A stretch of 63,357 nucleotides of DNA, filler included, from Choristocarpus tenellus KU-1152 (GCA_964200185.2; 11 parts of 11 records of this genome joined end to end with filler, not necessarily neighbours in it); one strand, 5' to 3'; counted from the first letter of the whole stretch, positions 39,335-52,111 are shown. The notes: generated by a model from the letters alone, not told the origin. A program made the numbers and translations.

Positions 39335-40487
39335 AAGGATTTACGCGCCGACCAAGGTCACATGTCGGGAGGGCAGCCGTGCACAGGTTTGACATAGGGT
39401 GGACAAAAATGAATGAATTTCATTTGTTCTATCGAACGGCAAAGGCCATCAATTTCCAAAGTGCGGCAAGACGGTTGGGGTGTGTGTGTGTCGATTTGAA
39501 ACAAGAATCTTGAGCAGGAAAGGATTAAGTTGACCTGTGAAAGTGAAAGATGAAGATGAAAAGGATTTACGCTCCGACCTGGGTTAGATGTCGGGAGGGC
39601 AACCATGCAAATGTTTGTGCTTGACATAGGGCAGACAGTAATGAATGAATTTCATGTGTTCTATCAAACGGTAAAGGCCATCAATTTCCAAAGCGCAGCA
39701 GGGCGGTTGGGGTGTGTGTGTGTGTCGATTTGAAACAAGAATCTTGAGCAGGAAAACATACATCAAACCGCGAAAGTGAATGATGATGAAGAGGATTTAC
39801 GAGCCGACCAAGGTCACATGTCGGGAGGGCAACCATGCAAATGTTTGTCCTTGACATAGGTCAGAGAGTAACGAATGAATTTCATTTGTTCTATCGAACG
39901 GTAAAGGCCATCAATTCCGAAAGTGCAGCAAGACGGTTGGGGGTGTGTCTTTGTCGATTTGAAACAAGAATCTTGAGCAGGAAAGGATTAAGTTGACCTT
40001 TGAAAGTGAAAGATGAAGATGAAAAGGATTTAAGCTCCGACCCGGGTTAGATGTCGGGAGGGCAACCATGTAAATGTTTGTGCTTGACATAGGGCAGACA
40101 GTAATGAATGAATTTCATGTGTTCTATCAAACGGTAAAGGCCATCAATTTCCAAAGCGCGGCAGGGCGGTTGGGGTGTGTGTGTGTGTCGATTTGAAACT
40201 AGAATCTTGAGCAGGAAAGCATTTCGTCAAACCACGAAAGTGAAAGATGAAGATGAAAAAGATTTATGCACCGACCCTGGTTAGATGTCGGAAGGGCAAC
40301 CATGCAAATGTTTGTCCTTGACATAGGTCAGAGAGTAACGAATGAATTTCATTTGTTCTATCGAACGGTAAAGGCCATCAATTCCGAAAGTGCAGCAAGA
40401 CGGATGGGGGTGCGTGTGTGTCGATTTGAAACAAGAATCTTGAGCAGGAAAATATTACGCCGAACCGCGGAAGAAGTGAAAGCATGA
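39335..40487. repeat. Tandem array of five ~230-bp units
   Basis: Units start at ~39335, 39561, 39791, 40024 and 40258. Near-invariant blocks ATGTCGG(G/A)AGGGCA, GAATGAATTTCAT, AAAGGCCATCAATT and GTCGATTTGAAAC.AGAATCTTGAGCAGGAAA. Confidence 0.95.
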
Positions 40488-41030
40488 ATGCACCAGTTTG
40501 AAACGAATATGTCAATTTTGGAACTTACTTCTAAGTACAAGTTTGGTATGTTCTGTCGGTTGGTAGAAGCGATCAAATTCTAAGGTTGTGTTACCGCGGT
40601 TTTTGGACAAGATACGCGCGCGTGATGATACCACCGCGCGAGTTAAATCGAGATTGCATTGCGACGCGATATGAACCTTATTAGAAAGCTTCCAGTCGTA
40701 TCGGAGCCCTTACACGTGCGTATCGATGGTGTCACCTCGTCACACCCGACATACGGATGTTGTGGTGCGTGCAATTGTATCGTGGAATCTTACTTCTATT
40801 TCGGATCAGTTGTTTGATTACTCTCAACATATGTTACTTCAACCCATGTTCCAATTTCAGAAAAAGTTTTGGTGAATTCACTGTAATCAATTTTGATGAT
40901 AGCCGCTGAATTGCAAATACATCGACATGTTCGATGTAAGGTGAAATCTATCTCTTGGCGGGTTGGGTTTAGTGTGTTCGAAATGTAGGTAATTTATGTT
41001 GGTTAGGTTTAGGGTTGGTATCATTGGTGC

Positions 41031-41290
41031 GAGTCGAAGTATCTTAGACGGTAGAGTCGCGTCCATTTGGCGGCCGAATGCAAATGTTGCAATTTTGATG
41101 TAGTCCTTGTCATCATTTTTGTTTGAAGATGTCAATGTCCTTATTCCGGACCCTCCTTTCCATAACGCACACACATTCTACCTACTCCGAAATATTTTGG
41201 AAGAAGTACAATGTCAATAAAAACCAGTGGGCAGTCAAGCCCCAATGGATAACCAGGGAAAAACTCGTGTACCCTCTAAGATACTTAAGC
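41031..41290 (-). mobile_element. MITE family A copy
   Basis: GAGTCGAAGTATCTTAGACGGTAG ... TACCCTCTAAGATACTT. Confidence 0.88.
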
Positions 41291-41398
41291 AACACTGACT
41301 TCGGGGCTTATGTTGTTGGTGACTGGGGTGGCAGAATACGGTTTATGAACGGTTTCGATCAAACAAATTATAGATGCGACAGTCGTGATTTGGATGAT

Positions 41399-41706
41399 AC
41401 CACTATTGATAGCTGGTGTGTACACGGTTGTAAAGGTAATGAATAGAGGGCATCGAATTTGAAAATGATGGTGTTACCACCGCCAATAGCTGGTGTGTAC
41501 ACGGTTGTAAAGGTATTGAATAAAGGGCATCAAATTAAAAAACGTTGGTAGCACCACCATTGACAGCTGGTGTGTACACGGTTGTAGAGGTAATAAGTAC
41601 AGGGCATCGAATTTGAAAATGTTGGTGTAACCAGTGCTGACAGCTGGTGTGTACACGGTTGTAACGGTAATACATACAGGGCATCGAATTTGAAAATGTT
41701 GGTGTT
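41399..41706 (+). repeat. 77-bp tandem repeat, four units
   Basis: Identical core AGCTGGTGTGTACACGGTTGTA at 41411, 41488, 41565 and 41642. A partial fifth unit resumes after the MITE at 41959. Confidence 0.95.
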
Positions 41707-41958
41707 CAGCCAAAGTAAGGGCAGAGTCGCGTCCATTTGGGGGCCAAGATCCAATGTTGCAATTTTGATGTAATTTTGCCTATCATGTTTGTTAGGAAAT
41801 GTCAATGTCCTTGTTCCGGACACAACGTTTCATAATGTATACATTTTACCTACTCCAAAACATTTTGAGAAGGTAAATGTCATTAAAAACCCTTGGGAAG
41901 CCAAGCCCCAAATGGACAAACAGAGAAAAACTCGTACCCCTCTAAGATACTTTCACTC
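41707..41958 (-). mobile_element. MITE family A inserted in the 77-bp array
   Basis: Degenerate left end, intact right end; 3-bp TSD GTT. Confidence 0.88.
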
Positions 41959-44443
41959 GTTACCACTGCTGACAGCTGCTTGGTACAAGTTCCGAATACA
42001 AATGAACACGTAAACATGTGTTGGGCCGTGTGGTTGTGTTCACGACCGAGAAAAACACAATGAGGGGTAAATAGGTTGCAAATTCTTCAACACTGCACAC
42101 TTCGCCAATCTTGGCCTAACATGAGCATTTGCTCCCTGGATTTCAAAGCCCTATGACATGGAGGCCTCTTAGTGTACACGAAAAAAATCGCCAGTTTCGA
42201 CAGAGCCGTAGACTATACTGTGGAATAGATAGACCGGCGTGCATAGGGTTTACGCTGATTTAGACACGAAATTGCTTTCACTCGGAATTGTATCTGGAGC
42301 TTGAGAAATATATTTACACAGGTGGCAACATAGCAGTGGTGGACGAAATTGGTATGTTCGTAGTCCTGAAAATCTTCGTACATAACACGTTGGGGTCTCA
42401 ATCGCTACCGCTTTGCACTGTATTGAAATGCGGGGGAATGTAATTAGGACCCTATCTGTGTCGTGTCTATTTGTACAGGCTATCTCGTGTGAATCGATGT
42501 AGTGTGGTGAATAGCAACGACATCTAGGCCTAGCCCGAATTTGGGCTATACATTAAGAAAGAAATAACGAGATAATTCTTAATGAGAGGGCCATGTTCGT
42601 GCTTTCGCCAAAGCCGAATGCAAGTCATGTTGGAAGTCTCTTTCGAGAGGAATGTGTAAATAGGAAGTGGCGGGATACGTTACACATCGCGAACGGCCGG
42701 TAGACGAGGAAGACTTGACCCCAGATTAACGTGTTCGGTACGGCACGCTATGTGGCAATGTTTGGGCTAAGGGCCGTGACTTGGGGGCCATACAACCACT
42801 TGGGTACACCATCATGTCAGCCACATGCTAATACATGCTATGTGAACGGACCAAATCCGCAACATCCGCCAAAGTCGCTAAATCGTGATGGTGTGTTTGC
42901 GATTTTGGTCATTCAGAAACGCTCCCCTGTAGGCTGCACAAAGGGTGAACGTTTCTTAAATTGGGACTCACCTTCTGGTTCTCTTTGGAGGCATGACGGC
43001 ATTCGGTGGTTGGACTAAGCCTCTCAATTGATTGCATGATGTCTGCATCGGGTGGGCACGTTGGAGATGAGACAGGGGAAACAAACAGAAGGAGAGAGAG
43101 AAAATGTTTTGCGCATCGAGTCAGGCCCAGAGACGATGGCATGTCGCGGTCGGTTCACATCATCCTCGAGCCGTCCGCACCTAATCACCTTTGTACGAAG
43201 AGGAAGTCTGGTCGCCTTTTTCCCTTCTGACACGCCCGGTGTTTAGCGTTACGTACAGTGCACAGGGATAGCGACAGACGACCCCAATCCTCATGGAAGG
43301 GATACGCACCTAGTCTCCCTTGATGAAGGAATTATGACCTGTTCCACCTCTTTTTGCTTGTTGGTTGTATGACAATCTAACCCTAATCAACGAAAGAACA
43401 ACCGCCTTTACCGAATGTTGTACACCTATTCTATATACTGGGGTTCTGAACAGGCTAAGGCTAGTTCGGGTGTTCCTTTTCCTCAGGAATCAAATAGGAG
43501 ATTTAATAAGGGGAATATTGCTCTTTTCACAGATGTATTGAAATCTCTATGTATACGACGGCGTTGAACTAGAACAAATAGAGACATCAAAATGTATAAT
43601 ATATATATATTATATATATATATATATTTGTCACTCTACATCCGCTATTTCTTCATTAGTGCGAGAGGGTCAAAACTTTGAGTTTGCATCTTTTTTCATA
43701 TACTTGCACTTTTGAAGAATTATATTATAGTGCATAACAAAAAAACGTTCGCCAAACCACATATGCGACAAACCCCACACTCACTCACTCTCCTGACAAC
43801 AAACCAACGGGCCTGGAGAACATAGAGGAATCGTTGTTGCAGTTCTTTGAGAGGACCATATCCATTGCACCTCAGATGTACGGTGACAACCCATCAGCCA
43901 CTAGGGGATCAGGCTAACAACGGGAATGAACTCGTGGACTCCGGAGGGGTAGACTCTAGGACATCCCAAACGCAAGGCCAGGCCTCCATCGCAGCTAGAC
44001 ACACTCCAATGTAGCCTGTGCGTTCAGTAATTATCTGAAAGAGGGATTAGCACTTGAAGACTAGGCATAGCGAAGCATACGGTCACCATATCCTTCCAAA
44101 ATCACACATTTGCATTGAAATCAGAGACACGTGGTGTTCTCCAGTTCCAACGTAGCTCGGAACTGGTGACGCACAAGTCCTCCCATCAAGAGCAGAACGA
44201 AACCTAACGACGAAATTCGTGTCCTCCGATACCTGGATTACGATATGTATCGGAACTAAACGGTGTTCCTTCCAGTTTCTGTTTCCACTCCCAACCCTAA
44301 CACCTGTCCCAACCCTAACCCTGTGCCCTAACCCTCACACCGTCCCTGACATTTACACAATAATGAGATTATGCCAAGACATGTTTCGCTCTTCCTTCAT
44401 CCACTCGCCTCATGTTATTTTTGCCATACTTTACCGTACGACA

Positions 44444-44468
44444 GACCCAAAGTATCTGGGAGGGGGGG
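44444..44468. mobile_element. MITE B/C terminus at contig end
   Basis: GACCCAAAGTATCTGGGAGGGGG. Confidence 0.75.
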
Positions 44469-44647
44469 NNNNNNNNNNNNNNNNNNNNNNNNNNNNNNNN
44501 NNNNNNNNNNNNTTAATTAATTAANNNNNNNNNNNNNNNNNNNNNNNNNNNNNNNNNNNNNNNNNNNNGATAGCAACGGAAACATTTATTCGTCATATTT
44601 CTCAAATAACTTGGCGCGAATATTGTATGTAATATTGATCGGGGCAG

Positions 44648-46395
44648 GGGGCAAGGGCAAAGGCATCAAGGAGAAGAAAGGAACTAAGGATGGGCTGAGG
44701 GAGGAGCGCTCCTCCAGCAAGAAAGGACACGGTTTGGCTGGGAAGGATCTTAGCCATGGGATGAAGGTACGCCCAATATATTTTTTGAAATGTCCAGGGG
44801 TGCGGTTTGGCACTTTTGATCATTTTATTTTGTTCTTTACTGCAGACTAATTGTTTCGTTGGCCGGGGGGACCATGTCTCCACATGCCGGTGTTCAAAAT
44901 AGTCTTTTGTTTTTTGTGGGGCTTGAGGTGACGTAAGTAACGTCCACACGTGTGTCGTCTGCAACGTCCGTTTCTTTCATTGCGGGACGAGCGAGAACAG
45001 AGAGGTCCAATTGCAGTGCTCTTCGGGGCCGGTTTGAAGTATCTCGAATTGCCACACAGGAGGGGTATGAGAGAGAGAGAGAGAGAGAGTCTTTTTTTCT
45101 ATTTTTTTCTGATATGATACACGTATGTTGAATTTTTTTGTGTTTCTCGGGGGGGGGGGGGGGGGGGGGGGGTGTTTGTAAAACATGTTCCAAACTGTAG
45201 TTTGCTCCTCTGTTCTGTGGTGGGGGGTTTTTTTTNNNNNNNNNNGGGTGGGGGGGGGGAGAGGGGAGTGTTCTACTTCAAGCAACGTTCCAACCTGTAG
45301 ATCACCTTCTCCTTGAGTGAAGGCGGTTTTATTTTATCGGGAAGAGAACGTAAGAATGAGCTGCGAGCTTGTGGTTGAGACTTTTGGCAAATGTACCTCT
45401 GCTCAATGTTGTCCCCTTAATCATTGCCTGAACCTTTATCTTCCCCCCCTCCCCTCCCCTCCCCTCGTGAAGGTGCTGGTACAAGAGCGGAAGGGGGAGA
45501 AGTTTCGAAAGGCTTTGCTGGGGCGACAGCATGGCGATGGGTCATGGAAGGTTGGACAGATTCTGGTTGGAGTGTCGGGGAGGGGGAGGGGGGAAGGTGA
45601 AGAGAGGGAGAGGAGCTGCATCATGAAGTTACAGGGGATGTACTATAGTTGGGGGTTAGCTCAAGGCAAATCCTGCGTAGGTAGACCTGGTAAGATTTGA
45701 AGTATAGTTTGAAGCTTGTTGAAGCGGTAACAGAGGTATGTTAGTCTTACTGCATCAACACGCCGCCTCTATTTGAGGTATACCTTGTATGGACTACTTC
45801 AATGAAAGTTCTTCTCTTCGTGTGCTCACAGGGAAGTCCCACAGACTGGCGTAAGTTTTATCATGGGTCACCATACGTGTGTGTGTGTCTTCTTAATCTG
45901 TCTACCCCCATCAGAAAAGATCCATTTTTTTATGAAGTCTTTTGTGTTGTGAAACTTTGAGGACTTCCATGTCGGTACTTGAACAGTCCTGCAGTGCTCT
46001 ATGCATGCCCGTGAAAACATTCACATGAGGAGGCGTTATTGGTCCAAGAAATACAGAAGGCAAGAAATAGATCCTGAGTCTTGCTGCTCCTCCCCATCCC
46101 CATCCCCATCCCCCTACAAACCTAAGGTTCGTTATAGTGGGGGCATGGAGGAACGGCATGTTAAGGAGAGTCGCATACGCCCAAGGGACCATGGCAGGGA
46201 CAATGGGTGGATGGTGGTCAATGCTCCTGCCCCTGCCCCAGTTGACTTGTCATTGCTGGGAGGGGCTGCAGAGGGGAAGCTTGCTGCTCCTGGTGGAGGT
46301 CCTCAAAATGGCAATCACAGGAGGGTTGTAGCAGAGGGAGGGAGGGGGGCCTCTTTGCTGTCATGGGATTCAGGGCAGGGGGTTGCAATGGACAG
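44648..46395 (+). CDS. Internal exons of a gene with a Tudor-like domain and low-complexity regions (partial)
   Basis: Exon 44648-44766 (...GKDLSHGMK|GT) splices in phase 0 to exon 45473-45550 (VLVQERKGEKFRKALLGRQHGDGSWK|GT), giving a Tudor-like L..G.KV.V....F..A......DG.W.V pattern. A further probable exon lies at 45994-46395. Confidence 0.5.
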
Positions 46396-49300
46396 GTTAG
46401 TGGTGCTGTTGTTTGTGGGGGGTAGGGGTGTTTAGGATGCATGATTTTTTTATATTGAGCTGTCTCTGAAATTTGTGATGCCCAAATATGGCATGTGAGC
46501 ACAGGAGGTATTTTGTTGCGCTATATAGGGTTGCTGTATCCAACAAGCATTTCACAAGGTAAAAATGCTCTTGTTTTGTTGATTCAAAAATTCCATCAAG
46601 AACTTTTTTAAATGAAAACAGCCTAAATTTTTTTATATTATTTATTTTGGTGTTAAGTTTTTGATATATTTTTTGAATGAACAAAAAAAGAGGAAAAAAT
46701 AAATCAGCATTTGAACGACGGGTCGGATATGGCAACCAGAGGTATCCCCCCCCTCCCCCCCCCCCCCCCACCNNNNNNNNNNAAAAAAAAAAAAAAAAAA
46801 AAAAAAAGCCACATTTGCGCCCCGGGCGCGAGATGACAACCAGCGGCATCCCCCCCCCCCCCCCCCCTTTAAGTCAAATCATGGATCAGAATACAAATAA
46901 GGAATGTACAACCCAAGAAAATACGTTCTTATGTGTGGCATACGCACATACTCTGTTTTGATAAATGTTTTTTGGGGACTAAAAGTTTTAAGAGATGGCC
47001 TTAGGATTTTGTGTTTGAGTAAGGTTGCCTACGTGTGTTGTGTGTTGTGAAGGTGTGCACCATGAAGGCTGCTTAGTGTACTGTCTATTGATAGTGTGCA
47101 CACACACAGACGCAACTGGTGGTGCTTCGGACACTCTTTGGAGTCGGTATTCAATTGTGTAACAGCAGTTCGCTGTCGGTAGGTATTGGACAATAGATTG
47201 GCATATCACGGAGTTGTATTGTAGTCCCCATCAGTGTTTTCTCCTATTGAGATTTTCACCTCTATCAAAGGTATTCTCTTCTGGAGATGCAACAAACGAA
47301 GTATGTGGATACATGCGTGTGTGTGTGTTCCGTGGGGGGTGGATGTTGCCACATCCTTGTGCTCTTTTAGTCAGTTTGTTTGTATGATGTAGCTGTGTGG
47401 GGCATGGCCCCCTAGCTTAGTCTAGTGTAGAGACCAAACGTAGAGGCTGATGTGCGTAACTCATAGCCTAATACATCACCATGCAGGGGTTGACAAACAA
47501 ATACCACAAAGAACAGTGACACTGCAGCATCCCCCCCACCACCCCCCCCCCCCCCCCACCACCACCCCCATCACCCCCACCCCCCCCCCAATATCANNNN
47601 NNNNNNNNNNNNNNNNNNNNNNNNNNNNNNNNNNNNNNNNTTAATTAATTAANNNNNNNNNNNNNNNNNNNNNNNNNNNNNNNNNNNNNNNNNNNNAAGC
47701 GAGTTGTGGGGGTGTTGGGGTTTCGGGCGGTTCTTCTTGGGGGGGGGGGGGGGGGGGGGTGGTTTTGTTTGGGATGTGACCTTGTCTTTCTTACATTTGA
47801 CTCTTTGTCTTGCTCTGCTCTGCTATACCGGACAAGTGGTATATGGTGGTTTGTAGCAGGTGTAATCTGAAAGGGTAAGTATGTTTTATATCTGTTGGCA
47901 CTGTAACGCATCATCTCTGTTTATAGTGAATTGCTACGGCGTTTTTTACTTTTTTTAGCACTTGAAAAACAAGAGTAAGGTCCAACCAAGCCTTGAATAT
48001 ATATATATGTTTTTGTGTGGTTTTCCTTGTGTTGTGGACATAGAATATTGGCGATTGATTGAAGAGCTCTCCGGATGGTTACAAACTCTTAACCAGATAA
48101 TTAAATTAAATTAAATTGATCCGGGATAACATTGCCAGGGGGTACACTAGGTGGACCACAGCTGTATGTGTGTTGTGTTTGTTGATTGCAAGGAGAGAGA
48201 GCAGGAAGCAGTTTATCTCACATCTCAGTACATGTACACGAGTATGATCTATACTCCACCTTTGTTGATATGACAAGCATCTGAAGCCGTCTGGACAAGG
48301 TGAGCAAGAAGGCAATTGGGTAAGAAAGTAGTACATGAGCAAAATGTACACCGATGAGATTTTTTTTTTTTGGGGGGGGGGAGGTTCCCCATTCAATTCT
48401 TGTGCTTCCATTGTGGATTGCTTGAGAAATTTTAAGAAATTGTTGTTCGGGGTCCAGTTTCACAGATGGCAGAAGGTTTTGTAGACTTAGACTGCTGTCG
48501 GTTGAATTGTTGTGTTGCCCTTTCCTGGACGTTGTGTTGCAGGTGTTCCTCCCTTGTTAAGTTAATGCACCACTTGCTTGCCCTTCCGCCGTGTTTGCCT
48601 TTGTTGCTAACCTTGGATTGGATTGTGGGCAATCCTCTCTCGCTTAGTTCATTGTTCGGGTCAAGTGAAGTAAGTGATGGCCAGGTGAGGGAGAAGGAGA
48701 GGGAGAGGGTCAGGACAAATTGTGTTCTTTGGGCTTGAGATGGATGCATTTGCTGCGGAGAGCTTCCTGCTGGCGGGCGATTCTGCTACTTCCTAGGCAA
48801 TTGGGACCAAATCCCAGTGGGTGCAGGGCGTTTGTGATTGAAAGATAATTCCTTGAAAAGTTAGGCATTTCATCGGTTTTTTACTTGGTCTCATTGTGTG
48901 TGGGCAATTGTTGGCCTCTGAGTGTGGTGGTTCAGGTCGATCTACGTGTGGTAGTTGAGTGCTGTTGAGATGATAGGTGGTGAGGTGAAAGCCCTCTAAG
49001 GGGTGGGGTGTAGGTAGAGCATTTTTTTTTTGTAAATCCGGCTCTGATTGGTTGAACTGAATTCATGAAGAGGAGTACTGATTGGCCGGCTGATGTCACG
49101 GGCAATTAATTCACCGTCCTCTGGATCAGAATTAAATAAACAAACACAAAATAGGTTGAAATACCTCCATCTCTTGTTGTTGGTCAGAGTTCTCTTACCT
49201 TTGGGCTGTGCCCTTCAACTCAGTTCTCATGTCTTTATGCCTGCACATCATCCATTTGAGGATCGGTTGGAACTGCCTGCCTCCAAGCTATCTTTTTGTA

Positions 49301-49580
49301 ATTGGAGTGATAACTTTTACCTAGATTATTGCATACCCAGTTCACCATTTTTATTGTTTTTGTAGTAGCAGCAGTAGTAGTAGTAGTGACTTGTGTGACT
49401 CTCTCTAAGCACAAAGATGCAGATGCAGGTAGGTCACATACATGCACGATGCCAAATACTTCAGATGTATTTTGTGTCGGGGTTTTCCTGATCAAAAGGC
49501 GTGTTCTTCATATACTGTACGTATGTGCCATGCTGTTGTTAGGGTCCTCTGGCCTGGTATGGAGCAGCTTCGTCCTTCCT

Positions 49581-50373
49581 TCACCACGCACTGTTGGGAA
49601 AGAGTCTATTCGCAATCAAAGGCCGATCCCACCTTGTCTCCCCTGTATCCATGTCCTGATAGTATGTTCTACCCAGATTGTCGGACATCTTGATATATGC
49701 TTGTGCTAGCCGGTGCCGTGCCAAACGCCTTGCCCTCCATTGCCTCACCATATACTGTATGGTCAGTGACGCAGTCCATGCCATCTCTGGTTCTGCTGAC
49801 ACACCAAGCTCGAGCAGAATAGTGTTAGTCCCCTCTGCTGAGAACGTGCACAATTGGTACCCAGTGTCATCGTCGTACTCAGGGCAGATCCGATAATCCT
49901 CGAGGTACATGAGTGTGGCCTCTCCCTTCAACAGCAGGAACAAATGGGTAGTAGTTTTGGGTTTGAGGAGGGGAAGGGGGGAGTAGATGGTGTGCTATGC
50001 GCATGACAGTGTGAGGCAGTCTGGTACTATGCATTGTTGGACATGGTCTGTAACAGAAGGGAAGGGTACCGCTGGCCACTCCGACAGTGCCAAATATCGT
50101 TTGTGTTTGTTAAGAGTGCAATGAGAAGGTTGGCAAGGGCATATCTGTGTTTCATCAGAGTGGCTTTGTACGTGTCACTTCTTCAGTTTGCTCTTTTCAA
50201 AATCTGGAAATGAGAGTATTGGTACTGGGATGTACCGCATTTCTTACCTGTTGCTTGATAAATGCTGAAATTTCCTCGTGGAGGAAGTTCTCGAGCAGTG
50301 GTGGCTCAATGTTCCACACAACCTCCATCGTCACGGCCTCAGCAATAGCAGTCACCTCCTTCTCCTCTTCCAA
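49581..50373 (-). CDS. IQ-motif + WW-domain protein, last two exons (5'-incomplete)
   Basis: Exon 50373-50248 (LEEEKEV...FIKQQ|GTAAGA) joins terminal exon 49925-49581, which carries ASLTIQYMVRQWRARR (IQ) and YIKMSDNLGRTYYQDMDTGETRWDRP (WW). Confidence 0.8.
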
Positions 50374-51390
50374 CTGAGAGGGGAAAGAAGAGGTTGGGAG
50401 TTATATGATAAAATCTTGGCTGAGCTTGTCCAAGAGCTATCGTTATGTATTCCAGAGTCGCTCGCTCGCTCACTCACTCACTGTGTGTGTATTGATGTCA
50501 TTGAAAAAGTATTTTTAAGCTCGCAGCTCTGCCTCGACCTGACAATTATTCCGTGAGCTTGCTTTTTTTTATATACATGTGACCACTTTTGACAACTGCT
50601 CCTTCATGTGGTCCACACTAAATAGAGAGAGAGTATTCCTACCCAAATCCGTTTCCTATTCCCTAGTCACTCTATATTACCAACTTCAAGCAGTGGTCCA
50701 AAGTTAAATAAGAAAGGTTTAATCAACACCGTCTTTTCAGTGTGCTGGGTGGGATGTTCCCGGCCATATTATCATGAACCAGTCATCGTTTGTTAGTCAT
50801 CAATGCCACGTAATGCTGAAGGGACAAGCCCACTGGTCAATGGGGTGCGATTTCTTTGTGAAAATGCAGTGGAGGATATGCTTTGTGTGAGGAAAGCGCC
50901 TGCCCCCTTTTGTTTAGATGGATGAGATTGATGGCTGGATCGTCTGATGCTCGGTTACAAACAATGTAACAAAACTATCCTTCTTACTTTATCAAAAGAA
51001 AATGCCGCAAAGCACTCTATACAAAATAATAATGCTGCCATTATCTAGTCTTCCACTAGTTCTATGCATACATTGGAAGATTTTGTTTCATTGAGGATCA
51101 GGTTATCAGGTATAGAAAATAGACTAGGTTGGACCAGCAATCAGCAATCAATGGCCCCTAATGAGGGTATTTTTGATGTGGGTTAGGCAAGTGCACCTTG
51201 GTCTTGTTGTAGAGCTGGGGAAGCCTTCATCCAAGTGTTCAACTGGAGTGTCTACAATAATAATGAACAATGAAATGAAACATTCCGTACCACCGCTAAG
51301 TTGCTTTGGAGCACGATGATCACTTTGTAGTTGCATTAATGATCACGAAGGAACGAAGCTCTCACATCACACAGTACCTATCTCTCTTCT

Positions 51391-51640
51391 GAGTCAAGGT
51401 AATCAAAGGGTATTCGGGATAATGATGGCAAAAAAGTTCAAAATTTAACTTTTTATTACAAATTCATAATAGGATATTTTCTGAATTATGTCGTAAAGTC
51501 TCAAACAACCGAGAAAACAATGCTCTCAAGTCAAACTTAGTAATTTGCCCATATTTCCACGAGTGAATTGCGTAAGATTGAAAACTGACCTAAAATTCAA
51601 AAATAGCCAAAACCTGGGTACCTCTTGCCTACTTTGACTC
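51391..51640. mobile_element. MITE family E (250 bp), related termini
   Basis: Imperfect TIRs GAGTCAAGGTAATCAAAGGGTATTCGGG / CCTGGGTACCTCTTGCCTACTTTGACTC; 3-bp TSD TCT; interior unrelated to A or B. Confidence 0.7.
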
Positions 51641-51839
51641 TCTATGATTATACAACTTCTGACAGTGCTTGTTCCAAAATATCAATGTGTGCCACCCAAG
51701 TCTACCCATGAATTATATAGTATCATTATAACAAAGCCAAGTCTACGTAAATTCAGAGCCAAACTCAGAAATATTGCGACATTGGTTAGGCAAACAATCT
51801 GTCAACGTATGCATACATATAAATATGTTTATGCTCAGT

Positions 51840-51978
51840 GAGTCAAAATATATTAGAGGGTAGATACGTGTCCATTTTTGGGGGCCACAATCCAATGTTG
51901 CAATTTTGATATAGTTTTGGCTATCGTGTTTGTTAGGATGTCTTTATATCCCTATTCCGGACACACCTTTTCATAACA
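51840..51978 (-). mobile_element. MITE family A, truncated at contig end
   Basis: GAGTCAAAATATATTAGAGGGTAG followed by A interior. Confidence 0.88.
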
Positions 51979-52111
51979 NNNNNNNNNNNNNNNNNNNNNN
52001 NNNNNNNNNNNNNNNNNNNNNNTTAATTAATTAANNNNNNNNNNNNNNNNNNNNNNNNNNNNNNNNNNNNNNNNNNNNTGGCTCTATAGCTCTGCAGAGA
52101 TGATACTTATT

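Noticed and set aside
39358-39766. Protein-coding repeat in the 230-bp array
   Set aside because: Unit lengths (226, 230, 233, 234) do not preserve frame, and stops occur.
41399-41706. CRISPR array
   Set aside because: The sequences between the invariant cores are homologous to each other rather than unique spacers. There are no cas genes and the context is eukaryotic.
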